Assembly (NCBI GenBank): GCA_044892525.1
Contig: CM097885.1
Span: forward strand, 49,292,001 to 49,356,000
Length of the DNA stretch: 64,000 bases
Direction: 5' to 3'
Source: Schmidtea polychroa
Lineage: Eukaryota
Shown here: in pieces, positions 19,920 through 30,930 of the stretch
Position numbering within the stretch: position 1 is the first letter of the stretch
How the letters are laid out: each line of letters opens with the position of its first letter
Program-made: the position numbers and the translations under genes
The notes under the pieces: model-generated
Database searches by the model: none
What the model saw: the letters and a program-made list of their open reading frames with translations, nothing else
What the model was told of the DNA's origin: nothing

Positions 19920-21296
19920 ATGCAATTGAGAGAGTTAGTTAAAGAATGGAATAGAAAGAGACATGCTGCAACGGGTAGAAAAGAGTTTGAATTCGAAGCA
20001 AAATTAGCAAGAAACAGAGTGCTAACAGCATATCGCAGATTATTGAACGATATAAATGTCGAGGACGACATTTTAAACGACAGCGGGGGAGATAAACACG
20101 ATGACAATAACGGAAAAGGCCGAAAGGAGGATAAAGAGAAAAGAGAACAGGAGGAGGGTAAACCGGAAAACAAGGATTCGGATACGAAAAGAGAGGGAAA
20201 CAGCCCGGGAACTAAGACCAAAGAGGAGGAAAAATCGAATAATGGAAAACAGAGGGTATGCCTACCTTTCACTAACAAAGAAATAGAGACAAATATGATA
20301 TTAATGATAATTATGCTTACCATGATAGAGTTAGTAACAGCTCAGGGAGGGACGAGAACGATAAAAGAAACCAAAGAAGCGGAGAATCAAGATAGCAAAG
20401 AGGATGAACTAAAGCAAGAAAAGAAAAAGCAAGCACAAGAGCAGCAGTGGGATTTAAAGGAAGAATGGGACTTAAAGGAAAGGTGCATACTAGGAAGATG
20501 CATGTCTAGAGCGTATCAGAAACTAGTACTGATAAATGAGGCCACAGAACCAATAACAGAAGTAAGAATACAAGAAGCATACCGAAATCGAGACGGGAAG
20601 AGAATAACGAACGTCAAAGGAAAAGAGGTACACCTAGGAAAAGGTGGTGAAGTAGTAATAACGCAGATCCAACCTAGAAAAGAGCACAAAGTCTGTATTT
20701 CAAGATTAGGACCAGGCGAGAGATGCCATCAATATGTGACGCAGCAGCAGCCGCCGAAAGAATACACGGTTTGTATCTGGAGGAATGAATCAAAAAGAGA
20801 ATGCCGACGATACCCGGGGAAAAGAGGAAAGAAAAGAAAAAACCACGACGAAAAGAACGAAGGAGGAAAGCACAAGAAAACTGGTGAGGAAGCTCAGGAC
20901 AACTATGTTTCGGAGGAAGAGATGGAAAAAATACAAAAGATGGCAAAGGAGGGTATGAACGAGGAAATAGCAAGAATACGGGAAATGATGAAAGGAAATG
21001 GCAAAAGAGGAAACGAGAAAAGTACAGAAGCGATATCAACATTAACAAACAAGGAAAAACCAGAGAGTATAAGCGTGAAGCAGATGATGTGGATCAGTGG
21101 GATAATAATAACAGGGGCATTCCTAATCATAACGGGGGGAACAATAAAAATAATTAAGGATAAACGACATCGCGGAGAACTAGAGATGACTCGAATCAGA
21201 AATTTCCAACATCGAGTGAAACGACCAAGTGATATCAAACAAGAACAGTGGGTGGAGGCCTGGAACGCTCAGCGCCCTCCAAACTCACGTATATAG
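19920..21296 (+). CDS. Putative type I membrane protein, probably the -1-frame continuation of the polyprotein (frame open from 19818)
   Basis: Internal signal-like MILMIIMLTMIELVTA, Cys-containing region, TM MMWISGIIITGAFLIITGG. Confidence 0.7.
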   Translation: MQLRELVKEWNRKRHAATGRKEFEFEAKLARNRVLTAYRRLLNDINVEDDILNDSGGDKHDDNNGKGRKEDKEKREQEEGKPENKDSDTKREGNSPGTKTKEEEKSNNGKQRVCLPFTNKEIETNMILMIIMLTMIELVTAQGGTRTIKETKEAENQDSKEDELKQEKKKQAQEQQWDLKEEWDLKERCILGRCMSRAYQKLVLINEATEPITEVRIQEAYRNRDGKRITNVKGKEVHLGKGGEVVITQIQPRKEHKVCISRLGPGERCHQYVTQQQPPKEYTVCIWRNESKRECRRYPGKRGKKRKNHDEKNEGGKHKKTGEEAQDNYVSEEEMEKIQKMAKEGMNEEIARIREMMKGNGKRGNEKSTEAISTLTNKEKPESISVKQMMWISGIIITGAFLIITGGTIKIIKDKRHRGELEMTRIRNFQHRVKRPSDIKQEQWVEAWNAQRPPNSRI

Positions 21297-21456
21297 AAAG
21301 GAATATGACTGTATATAATTGTAAAAAGTAAGTATATCTTATGTATATAACAGTACTATATCTTTATATAAGCGCGGTATCAATATTATACAATAACGGG
21401 AATCATAAAATAAAATTAAATTTACATAAGAGCTGAAAAGTGTATATAAATTAGGA

Positions 21457-21816
21457 ATGGATCAAGGAAATAACGAAATGAACCACAATACAGTAACTGA
21501 AGAATTATGGAAGCAACAATGTGCCGTATTAGCACAATTAGTGTCCAATTTGCAAGAACAAGGACTGACGATGCACAGAAACCTGATCGAGAGTATGAAC
21601 AGAGGATTTAGTTATTTGAAGATAATTGAAGACCAGAGGTTAAAAATCGAACAAATGCAAAGAGAGATAGAGAGGATAACCCAATATAGCCGTCGACAGG
21701 AAATTGAAATAGACAGAATGATGGAGGAAGCAGAACAGACAGAAATAGAAGACTGGTCGGAATGGCTAATGAATAGAGAGGAGAGCGGACACGAAGCCGA
21801 CTCTTCCGAACCCTAA
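21457..21816 (+). CDS. Accessory coiled-coil protein, 119 aa, unknown
   Basis: Clean ORF with the element's A-rich coding style, between AT-rich spacers. Confidence 0.65.
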   Translation: MDQGNNEMNHNTVTEELWKQQCAVLAQLVSNLQEQGLTMHRNLIESMNRGFSYLKIIEDQRLKIEQMQREIERITQYSRRQEIEIDRMMEEAEQTEIEDWSEWLMNREESGHEADSSEP

Positions 21817-21901
21817 ACCAAACCTAGCTCAAAATGTAAATAATTGTAAATAAAATATCGAACCTGTATCGATAAGAACTATTTGTACATATAATTATAG
21901 A

Positions 21902-23290
21902 ATGGATAAACGACAAAGAGAAGAGTTCAGGGAGATTGTCGAGCAAGTCCGAAAATCTACAACGATCAGAATACACAAACATGTTATGTGCGGAATATGT
22001 GAAAAGTTGTTAAAGGAACCTCACCAAACGCAATGTGGATGCAGAGTATGTAAAGAATGTATCAGTGAAGCAATAAAAAATAGACCACAGAGGTGCCCGG
22101 TGTGTAAAGAGACACTAATATCGAGTTTAGAAGACACTAACGAGGATAAAGCCGCAGTGAAAGACATGTTAAACACCAACCTGGGATGCAAAAATGCCCC
22201 ATGCGAATGGAAAGGAGTAATATGGAAGGTAGTACAACATATGGGAGAATGTATGTACAGAATTGGCCAGTGTGAAAGGTGCCATAAAACCATTCGAGCA
22301 AGCGAAGAAAAAGAACATCAAAAGCAGTGTGAAGAGAGATTAGAAAGATGTGAACACTGTGGAGAAATAGATACGTGGATAAATCTCACCCTCAAACATC
22401 ACAATGTCCAAGAGGAGAGAGTATGTGCGGAGTTCAGTGGGGAATGCCCAAACGGATGTAACCAAGGGGAAATAATGAAGGTGGCACAGCATCTAAGGGA
22501 ATGCGAAAAGAAAAGAATGACATGTGTACTAGGTAGATGGGGTTGTCAGAAATTACTACACCGAGGTGAGTTACCACATCATTTAGTAGAAAATGCTTCA
22601 ACTCACGCAGAAATGTGGTCGACTGCGTTACAAGAAAGCGAAGAGAAAGTAGAACAAATGGAGATAGAGATAACATCGTTGAAAGTGTTAGTCAAAGAAC
22701 TACTAGAAGAAAGGAAAGCGTTCGAAGAAGCCCGAGCAAACATAAAGATGCAAATAAACCGAACAGAAATCAGTAATAATCAGGCCAAGGAGCTACATCA
22801 GAAAATACGGGAAATAAATCTAAATGAGATAACCCCAACAGCACCCTACATATGGAAAATAACGGGAGTAAAAGAAAGAATACGAAAAGCAAAAACCGGA
22901 GAAGAGACAAGAATAACAAGTCCTACATTCCACTCTTGGAAAAATGGGTACAAAATGAAAATGAAGATATATCCCAACGGGGACGGAACCGGATTAGACA
23001 CGCACTTTTCGATTTTCTTTCTGTTATGTAAAGGAGAATACGACGAAATATTAGAATGGCCGTTCCAGGCAAAAATCGATATTACTCTGATGAACAACCA
23101 AAGTATACATGAGCAAAGCTTCAAAACAACGGGGAATCAAATAGCTTACCAGAGGCCCCTCAACGAAGAAGGATCAGCAACAGGAGCACCTACGTTCATC
23201 TCACAACAAAGAGTAGAAGATATGGCGAGAAATGATACCATATATATCAAGATGACCGTGAGGAAAGAGGAGAAGGGTAGAACGGAGTAA
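21902..23290 (+). CDS. TRAF-family protein (RING, TRAF zinc fingers, coiled coil, MATH), 462 aa, intronless
   Basis: CGIC...PHQTQCGCRVCKEC...CPVC RING; CKNAPCEWKG and CPNGC fingers; MATH motifs YIWKI, SPTF, GYKMKMKIYPNGDG, THFSIFF, GEYDEILEWPF, NDTIYI. Confidence 0.93.
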   Translation: MDKRQREEFREIVEQVRKSTTIRIHKHVMCGICEKLLKEPHQTQCGCRVCKECISEAIKNRPQRCPVCKETLISSLEDTNEDKAAVKDMLNTNLGCKNAPCEWKGVIWKVVQHMGECMYRIGQCERCHKTIRASEEKEHQKQCEERLERCEHCGEIDTWINLTLKHHNVQEERVCAEFSGECPNGCNQGEIMKVAQHLRECEKKRMTCVLGRWGCQKLLHRGELPHHLVENASTHAEMWSTALQESEEKVEQMEIEITSLKVLVKELLEERKAFEEARANIKMQINRTEISNNQAKELHQKIREINLNEITPTAPYIWKITGVKERIRKAKTGEETRITSPTFHSWKNGYKMKMKIYPNGDGTGLDTHFSIFFLLCKGEYDEILEWPFQAKIDITLMNNQSIHEQSFKTTGNQIAYQRPLNEEGSATGAPTFISQQRVEDMARNDTIYIKMTVRKEEKGRTE

Positions 23291-23428
23291 CCAATCGAAT
23301 AATGTTGTATATAATAATCTGTATATATCGGTGTATATAACCAATAAAATATTATATAATAATAGTATGAAAACCCTAAATACGAAAACCCAAAAATGAT
23401 GCGAAAATTCCCCAAGAAACAGTAAATA

Positions 23429-24538
23429 ATGAATAAATTCCTTTTTCATAATAAAAGATTAATCGATGTCTATGATTTAGAGATGACAAAAGAGAAAATA
23501 ACCGAAACTGCGATAGACCCAACCAATGTCAACAAGACACAAATTCCCCGAGAACATAACAAAAAATGGAACAAAGTAATGTTCCAACTAACTAATCTCA
23601 CCCGAAATCACATCGAAGAAACTAGAGAAGATGAGAATAGTCAATACCAATGGTTAATACACAACTTAAGAGCGGAAGCAGAAGCATGCAAAAGAGCATC
23701 AAAATGGGCGTCACTAGAAAATACCCGCCAAGAAGCACACAGCCACTACTTAAAGCAGCTAGTGCAGGAAGCGAGAAAGAGACTTACCGATGAGAACACC
23801 AAGCGCGAAGCGGAAAAACAAATAGAAGACAGGAAAATGATGCACTTAGTGGCAGAAGCGAGGAAATGGAAAAGACAAAACAGAGAAATGAAAAAAGAGA
23901 TGAAAGAATTGCCCATGAGACTCGGATATGAAAGCGAACAAGGTAAATGGGAGGAGAATTTAATAATAAAGGAAGAATTGAAAAGGTTGAGAAAGGTCGC
24001 CGCCCGAAGCCAAACCTGGCAAACAAAGGCTATGGAGTTTGAGCGACATTTGGCAATGAAGTGCGACATAAGAGAGCACGAGAATGCCGCAATGGAAGAG
24101 ATGATAACCCAACAAGCGGGACGGGTTGTGGAATTAGTAAATCAGGTAGAAGAGATGAAAAGAGACCTTAATGGATTACAAGGATCGCTGGAACAAAGAA
24201 ACATGGTCCTAGCGGGAAAAAACAGAAAATTAGAAAACGAAAGGAAAATGTACACCGAAAATATTAAAAACTTAGAAATAGAAATTGAAAAATGGAAGGG
24301 CGACGAGAAAATCAAGGCCCTAGACAAACAGATAGAGGCGAAAGATGAAGAGACAAGGTATCTCACCTATCTGCTCGACGAGGAATTGAATATCACTCGA
24401 GCTCTAAGAGACGAAGTTAGTGAATTGAGAGCTCAAATTCCCCAATATTACCTACCATACGACCCTATTGCGATACAGTTACATTCCGCGGTCGATAGTG
24501 ATGAAGGTTATGTAGGCCAGGAGGAAACCTTCGTATGA
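23429..24538 (+). CDS. Accessory long coiled-coil protein (likely start ATG 23483), ending -ETFV
   Basis: 369-aa E/K/R-rich heptad ORF; TTTAG acceptor-like site before ATG 23483. Confidence 0.75.
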   Translation: MNKFLFHNKRLIDVYDLEMTKEKITETAIDPTNVNKTQIPREHNKKWNKVMFQLTNLTRNHIEETREDENSQYQWLIHNLRAEAEACKRASKWASLENTRQEAHSHYLKQLVQEARKRLTDENTKREAEKQIEDRKMMHLVAEARKWKRQNREMKKEMKELPMRLGYESEQGKWEENLIIKEELKRLRKVAARSQTWQTKAMEFERHLAMKCDIREHENAAMEEMITQQAGRVVELVNQVEEMKRDLNGLQGSLEQRNMVLAGKNRKLENERKMYTENIKNLEIEIEKWKGDEKIKALDKQIEAKDEETRYLTYLLDEELNITRALRDEVSELRAQIPQYYLPYDPIAIQLHSAVDSDEGYVGQEETFV

Positions 24539-24653
24539 GGGTGGATGAAAAGATGAAAAAACTAAAAACCGGGACGTATATCCCAAACAAAAAAATTAAA
24601 GTATTGTAAAAGTATTCAAGGGACTGTAACCCAAACTATTAAATTTTATATCA

Positions 24654-25406
24654 ATGTATACGTATAAGTCGCACTATAGCGCACCATTAACTGTACATAT
24701 TATAGATATGAAAATCGAGGAAATGATAGAAATTATGAGCGACGTAGAAGAGGGAGAGATTGAGGCAGAAACAACAGAAACCCAAACGCTAAAGGCCGAG
24801 TTACGGGAAGAGAAATACGAAAACGGGAGATTAATAAACAAATACCTGGAGGACCGGAAAATGATAAAGGTGTTAAAGAAAGAGTGCGAAGCGTTGGGGG
24901 AAATAAAAAGAGAAACGGAAGAGGAAAATGAATGGCTACACGAACAAAGGAAGCGAGGGAAAAACTGGGAAAAGATAGCGGAAGAACTATGGAAAGAGAG
25001 GGCAAGCTTCAAAGCAAAGGAGGTAATCCAAGACTACTGGAAAACTGAGGCGAAGGAGCGCCAAACAGCTATAAATAAATTAAAACGACAACTAGAAGAA
25101 AACCAACGGGAAAGTAAAGAAATGAGGAAGTGGGTCCGCAAATATAGAGAAATAGAAAGAAAACATCAACAACAAAATTACCTGCAAGAAAACGAACAAG
25201 ATCTCCTACAAATCGAGCTAAAAAGAAACCTTGAAAAGAAAAGGGAAGAAATTAGACGCTTGGAAAAAGAAATTAGACATCTAAAGAGAGAAGCCCGTGA
25301 AAAAGACCGACAATTGGAAATGCTGCCCGAGTTAAGACACAGGGTAATTAAAGCAGAGTCCACCTTGATGAGAATCGGTGAAAATAATCCAAATCAGAAC
25401 CATTAA
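24654..25406 (+). CDS. Accessory coiled-coil protein (likely start ATG 24708)
   Basis: 250-aa E/K/R-rich ORF; TTATAG before ATG 24708. Confidence 0.72.
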   Translation: MYTYKSHYSAPLTVHIIDMKIEEMIEIMSDVEEGEIEAETTETQTLKAELREEKYENGRLINKYLEDRKMIKVLKKECEALGEIKRETEEENEWLHEQRKRGKNWEKIAEELWKERASFKAKEVIQDYWKTEAKERQTAINKLKRQLEENQRESKEMRKWVRKYREIERKHQQQNYLQENEQDLLQIELKRNLEKKREEIRRLEKEIRHLKREAREKDRQLEMLPELRHRVIKAESTLMRIGENNPNQNH

Positions 25407-25446
25407 ATTAAGGGTCATTAAAACCAATTGTAAATAAACATAATGA

Positions 25447-25929
25447 ATGTATAATAGTATCATGCGAGGCGAGATGATGATAACAATGATGGTATTGATG
25501 ATTCTGATGGAGAACAAACAATTAAACGCCCAACCGAAAATCGTACGAGATTACCGCAATCAAAATCAAGAACCTAAACAAGAATCCGGCAAATGCACAT
25601 ACCCTATGACCGTAAAAACCCATATCATCCAAACCATTCAATCAACCCGATCCCACATCAACAACATCCAAACAATGTGTAAAAAGAACCCCATTTGTAA
25701 AATGATAAACAAACAAATCTTCGAACAAAGCCAACAGATCGACCAGTTGGAACAACAAATGCAACAAGAGGATTTTGAAAATCTTGTAGAAAAGCCAAAA
25801 ACACCTCCCGAGATCAATGACACCCATTATCTCATATATGTGGTGATCGCAGAGACCCTCCTCCTATGTCTACCAATATTCATGAAATTTACGAAATTCG
25901 AAATAGATGTAGAGTCTCGACATCAATAA
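25447..25929 (+). CDS. Small putative type I membrane protein, ~155-160 aa
   Basis: N-terminal Met-rich hydrophobic stretch MMITMMVLMILM, 3 Cys, C-terminal TM YLIYVVIAETLLLCLPIFM. Confidence 0.62.
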   Translation: MYNSIMRGEMMITMMVLMILMENKQLNAQPKIVRDYRNQNQEPKQESGKCTYPMTVKTHIIQTIQSTRSHINNIQTMCKKNPICKMINKQIFEQSQQIDQLEQQMQQEDFENLVEKPKTPPEINDTHYLIYVVIAETLLLCLPIFMKFTKFEIDVESRHQ

Positions 25930-26340
25930 GAGTAACCTCGAACCAAAATCCTCAAGAAGTGCCCCTGACAAATCTTAACCCAACCCCATTCAGACCTCGA
26001 ACCCCGAGTAATCAACCAATCCAGCCGAAATCTAATAGTCAGACCTATCTCAACATCAATACCCAAACCAACCAACAGCCGCCAGCAGAAGCATCAATGG
26101 TTAACAGTTCATAAACTCTAACTCAAACATTTGTGTTATTATATGTGGAAACTTTTATTGTATGTACAAACTATCACCTTAAGTGATACTTGCTTGATCT
26201 TGCTTTGACCTAGATCTTACAATAAAAATTTTATCATTGTTGTATAATTTTCGTGTTCGTGTTATATTTTTTTTTTGAATGAATGAATTAAGTTAATTAT
26301 GCAATTGCGGGACGCAATTTTGATGGGTCCCCGAGTGATT

Positions 26341-29300
26341 TGTTGGGCTGAGTCGAAAATTTAATCGTTGAAAAATAGGAAAGTAGGGAAGTAGAACATT
26401 AAGAAAAATAATAATAAAATAAATAAAATCAGAAATAAAATAGAATAAGATATAAGGAAAATAATAATTAAGACATAAGAATTAAAACAAAAAATAAAAT
26501 TAAGAAAAGATTAAAATAGAACAAGTTGACAAATAAATAAAGAGGAATTCAAGAAATAATAAGGAAATTAAGGAAATAAATAGAAAAACATATTAAAAAT
26601 AAAGAAAATAAGGAAAAAACAACCTAAAAACAAGAAAATTATATTAAATTAATAGAAATAAGCGGTACTCAACTCTGATTGGTCCGCACAAATAAGAATT
26701 TGATATATATACAACTACCAAAAACATTAAATTTACTGTTAACCCCGAGCATTTCATAGGTAAGAAAAATGTTTACTGTTTTTACTGTTAACCCCGAGCA
26801 TTTCATAGGATCGACACTACTAGCCAAGCAACCGTCATTCAGAAAACTCCACATCTATTCAAAACCAGTTCAGAGACCGAAATACCATTCATCACAATAA
26901 TCAACATCCAACGGACCACCATTAGAACTATTTGGAACGAACAACATTGAACTTTGACTCAGCCTAACAATAGTAAGGGGTATTTCATTTGTTTATAGAT
27001 TTATTTAAGTATTTGCAAAGCTAATAGTAATGTTAAATATTAACGATTAAATATTTTAGTTAACTCTCTTCATTTGATTCTCCATTTTAATAACTTTAAC
27101 GTATTGATGGAATTTGTATTATTTAAGTATTTCAGAATTAATAAAATATTTTTATCCAGATGTCCGTATTTTATTTGAATTAAAGATTTTATAAATTTTC
27201 ATTTAACGAGCAACGTGGAGTTGAGATACTCCATGCCATGGTATGAGGTGCCTTCGGGAGCTCAGCCGGTGGACATGGAGTATTTCAATCACGCAGCTAG
27301 ATTGGGCCGAAATGTGAAGGCTTCTTCACGGGTCCTATCGCTGAAGATGCGACTAAATTATCACAATGGGGTATGGTTAAAAAATAACTGGTAGACAATG
27401 ATTTCACAAAGATAGTCGTACGAATGAAGGGATTTTCAAGGATTTGCACAGTGATTGAGGGCGTCGCATTCTTCTTTCGTCAAGTCGTTTTCGTAAATCT
27501 TACCCCTATTGAAAAAGGAGATCCAGACAACGATTTAGTGAACTTCGTCAAAAATAACGACATCTCATAGTACGCTTCATCTGGAAACATGGTTTTATCA
27601 ATTTAATTGCGACAACGTCTATTTGCCGGACTCAGTAGAACTGATTTCGTATGAAATTCCGTTATCATAGACCCGAGGTCATCTAGCCTGTCCAGATTGC
27701 ATGTCAGGTTACGAAAGTATTCTAAAAACTTTAACTAACTCGAAACTATAAAATGCGAGATTCTACGAAAACCTCTCTAATATTATAATCAGAAAGTTTT
27801 TATAGACTTAGTTATTTCAAAAATTATAACAGGTAAAATATCACCAAATTTAATTAATAACATTTGTTTCTACAATAAGAGCCAGGTCATCACTGTATAT
27901 ATCCAAATTATTGAACCTGAGAGAAATTTTCGAATGGCTAAGGACAGGTTTCATCGAGACGGCATTACATCTGAATAGGAAAATCCGAGTAGAATGACGT
28001 GAGTAGTAATAAGCTTCAGTATTTGGTAGAATTATTCCCTCGACGATCACTGAAAAGATCCAATAAATTTCCAAACGATGGTGATCATTCACACAAGTTG
28101 ATAAGGGCAAAATTCCGCGATGAGAACTGACTGTAGCATAAATCATAATTCAAATAAATCACTGTGTAGAAAAAATCATATGACAGCAGGATCGATGAAA
28201 TCACCGTGAAAATGGCATACACCAAGTGAGTGAGATAAGATAGTAGCCATACACGAATCCATGTGGTGAGAGCACAGAATATCAGACTAGCATACATGAT
28301 AGTCGCGACACGTGCCATTCACAATAGGTCGATAATGTAATCAACTAGTCGACAGTAGTATCCGTAAATTTGGACATGTGTTATGACCGATGAGATATCC
28401 CATTAGGGTGTTCAAGTAATGGCTGATGTAAACTCATCACATATTCTCAGACAAATGGTAGACAATATAGATAATCACATTCACTACCGAATTAAAAGTG
28501 CACTTCCAATAACAAATTTCGAATCAAAAAATATGTTGAGAATAGCGATAGTAACTTGTTTTTAATAAATTTAAATAGATAATTTATAGCAAGGTTTAGT
28601 CGCGTACTATAATGTCCCTCTACTAAAGCGTTATTATATTATTTCACCAATATTATATTTACACCCTATTAATTATTACGCCCCTCATGTATACAGTTAG
28701 ATCAATAGAGAGTCAAAGTTAATAGCATGCGTCAAACCGATGGCATTTGGTTAAATAAACTGTTTCAACAAATAAGATCCGTGGTAAAACCGGATTGTAG
28801 AATGAGTTTTCCTTTTTTTTTTTTTTTTTTTTCGTCGGTCAAGCATCCACGAATGGCCGTAGGTCGTATCTAATTTATTCTAAAATCGTATGTTCTACAT
28901 TTCATTAGTATTATTTATAGCAAGCATGCTACCAACCACTAAATCAGCATTACGGCCGTGCTTCTCGTGCGCGGATAAAAATACGGTGATAAAGGACCTA
29001 CAAACTCAGATTGGACGTTACAAGAGGAAGATAGACGAGCTGGAAGGGACATGGTTTAGTCCCGCTCGGATGAAAGAGATCCAAAGGAAGCTCGATCGTA
29101 GCGAGCATTGCCGGGACGCGCTAATATCTGAGAGCCGTGCCCAAAGAAGTCTAATCAGAGAACAATCCGAGGCACTGCATAAGGTTTACGTGCAGGCGGC
29201 TACAACCCGAAAAATTGTGCAGATTCCCATCCGAGAGGCCGATGACATCTTTCCGCCTCATCACAACCTTTCCTCGAATCCATCTCCACCGTTCAAGAGA

Positions 29301-30212
29301 CCGTGCCGAGACTGCGTCGAAACCGAATTGTCCCCCAAGCGACCAGATGTTGTCATCACGGGTACCAGTAAGCCCCCCACTGCTAGTCCATCCGTATCAG
29401 TCACCCTTCTGCAAGTGGCATCTTCAAGCAAACCCAAGCGAAAACAACTCTCTCGTGCAGAGCGCAAGAAGAGACAGCGCGAGCGCGCCACTACAAAGCC
29501 AAACATCCCATCAATAGAGGACTCAACCAACGGTGGCAACTCTCACGTGTCCATCGACCTAACAACGGGACCCTCGGCACGAATCATATCAGCCGCTGGC
29601 GTAACGTGGGAAGAGAACGCTTCCGAGTTTTTTAACCTCGACGAATTATTCGCCGACGCTGAATGGGAGAAACAATAAAATCCCAGTGGCGGTCAGGATG
29701 AGGAACAAGGATCCGATCTATGTGGATTACGATGTTTTCTCTTCTTTCGACAAACATTAGTAAAGTGTACAGCTAAATCCTTGTGTCATAACGTTGAAAT
29801 TAATAAATCTTGTTGTCTTACACATTTTCGTCCATGAATAATTTGACTTTAATTAAGGGGGTTGAGTAGAGAACCCGCAAGAGCTAGTGAGAAATTCCCA
29901 ATTTGCATTCAGCGAATCCTGATAAGTGGTTATGTAAGGAAACGGACGTAAGCCCTTCTATCGGCAGTCGTGAATGGGAAGTCGAGGCCTCAGCAAGGAG
30001 TAGTTTTAAGGCAGAAGCTCACCTGCTTGCTGGCGTCTCGCCTGCATAGTGCAGCACCAACGTGAAGTGATTCACGGGCACTATGTTGGAAGAAAGTTAT
30101 GTGGGGTTTCACTCCAGGTTGACAAATCGGTGGCACCTTTTATTCGAGATGGACAATCAACCCTTAGACCCGTCAACATGGTAGAGTGGTCAGCCGAGGT
30201 GTAACCCCAACA
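26341..30212 (+). repeat. 3' LTR (3,872 bp)
   Basis: No difference from the 5' LTR in the places checked (same ORF translations, same T20 tract, constant offset). Confidence 0.97.
28890..29678 (+). CDS. 3'-LTR copy of the 262-aa LTR ORF
   Basis: Translation identical to 2961-3749. Confidence 0.7.
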   Translation: MFYISLVLFIASMLPTTKSALRPCFSCADKNTVIKDLQTQIGRYKRKIDELEGTWFSPARMKEIQRKLDRSEHCRDALISESRAQRSLIREQSEALHKVYVQAATTRKIVQIPIREADDIFPPHHNLSSNPSPPFKRPCRDCVETELSPKRPDVVITGTSKPPTASPSVSVTLLQVASSSKPKRKQLSRAERKKRQRERATTKPNIPSIEDSTNGGNSHVSIDLTTGPSARIISAAGVTWEENASEFFNLDELFADAEWEKQ

Positions 30213-30720
<508 letters not shown>

Positions 30721-30930
30721 ATCAGAAGACAATAGTTGCATGCTGACTGCAAACTATATGACGATAGAAAAAAAATAGCATAAGTATGTATATACTGTAT
30801 ATTTTATATACATACTTATATACATCATATACTGACATTATAGTATTAATATTTATTTATATACATTTAAAGCTTATAAAATAGATTTAAAATAAACTTT
30901 ATAAAAAATATACTTAAAAATAAATTAATA

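Noticed and set aside
7263..25827. Many minus-strand ORFs opposite the retroelement genes
   Set aside because: Phe/Ser/Leu-rich shadows of the A-rich coding strand; no motifs.
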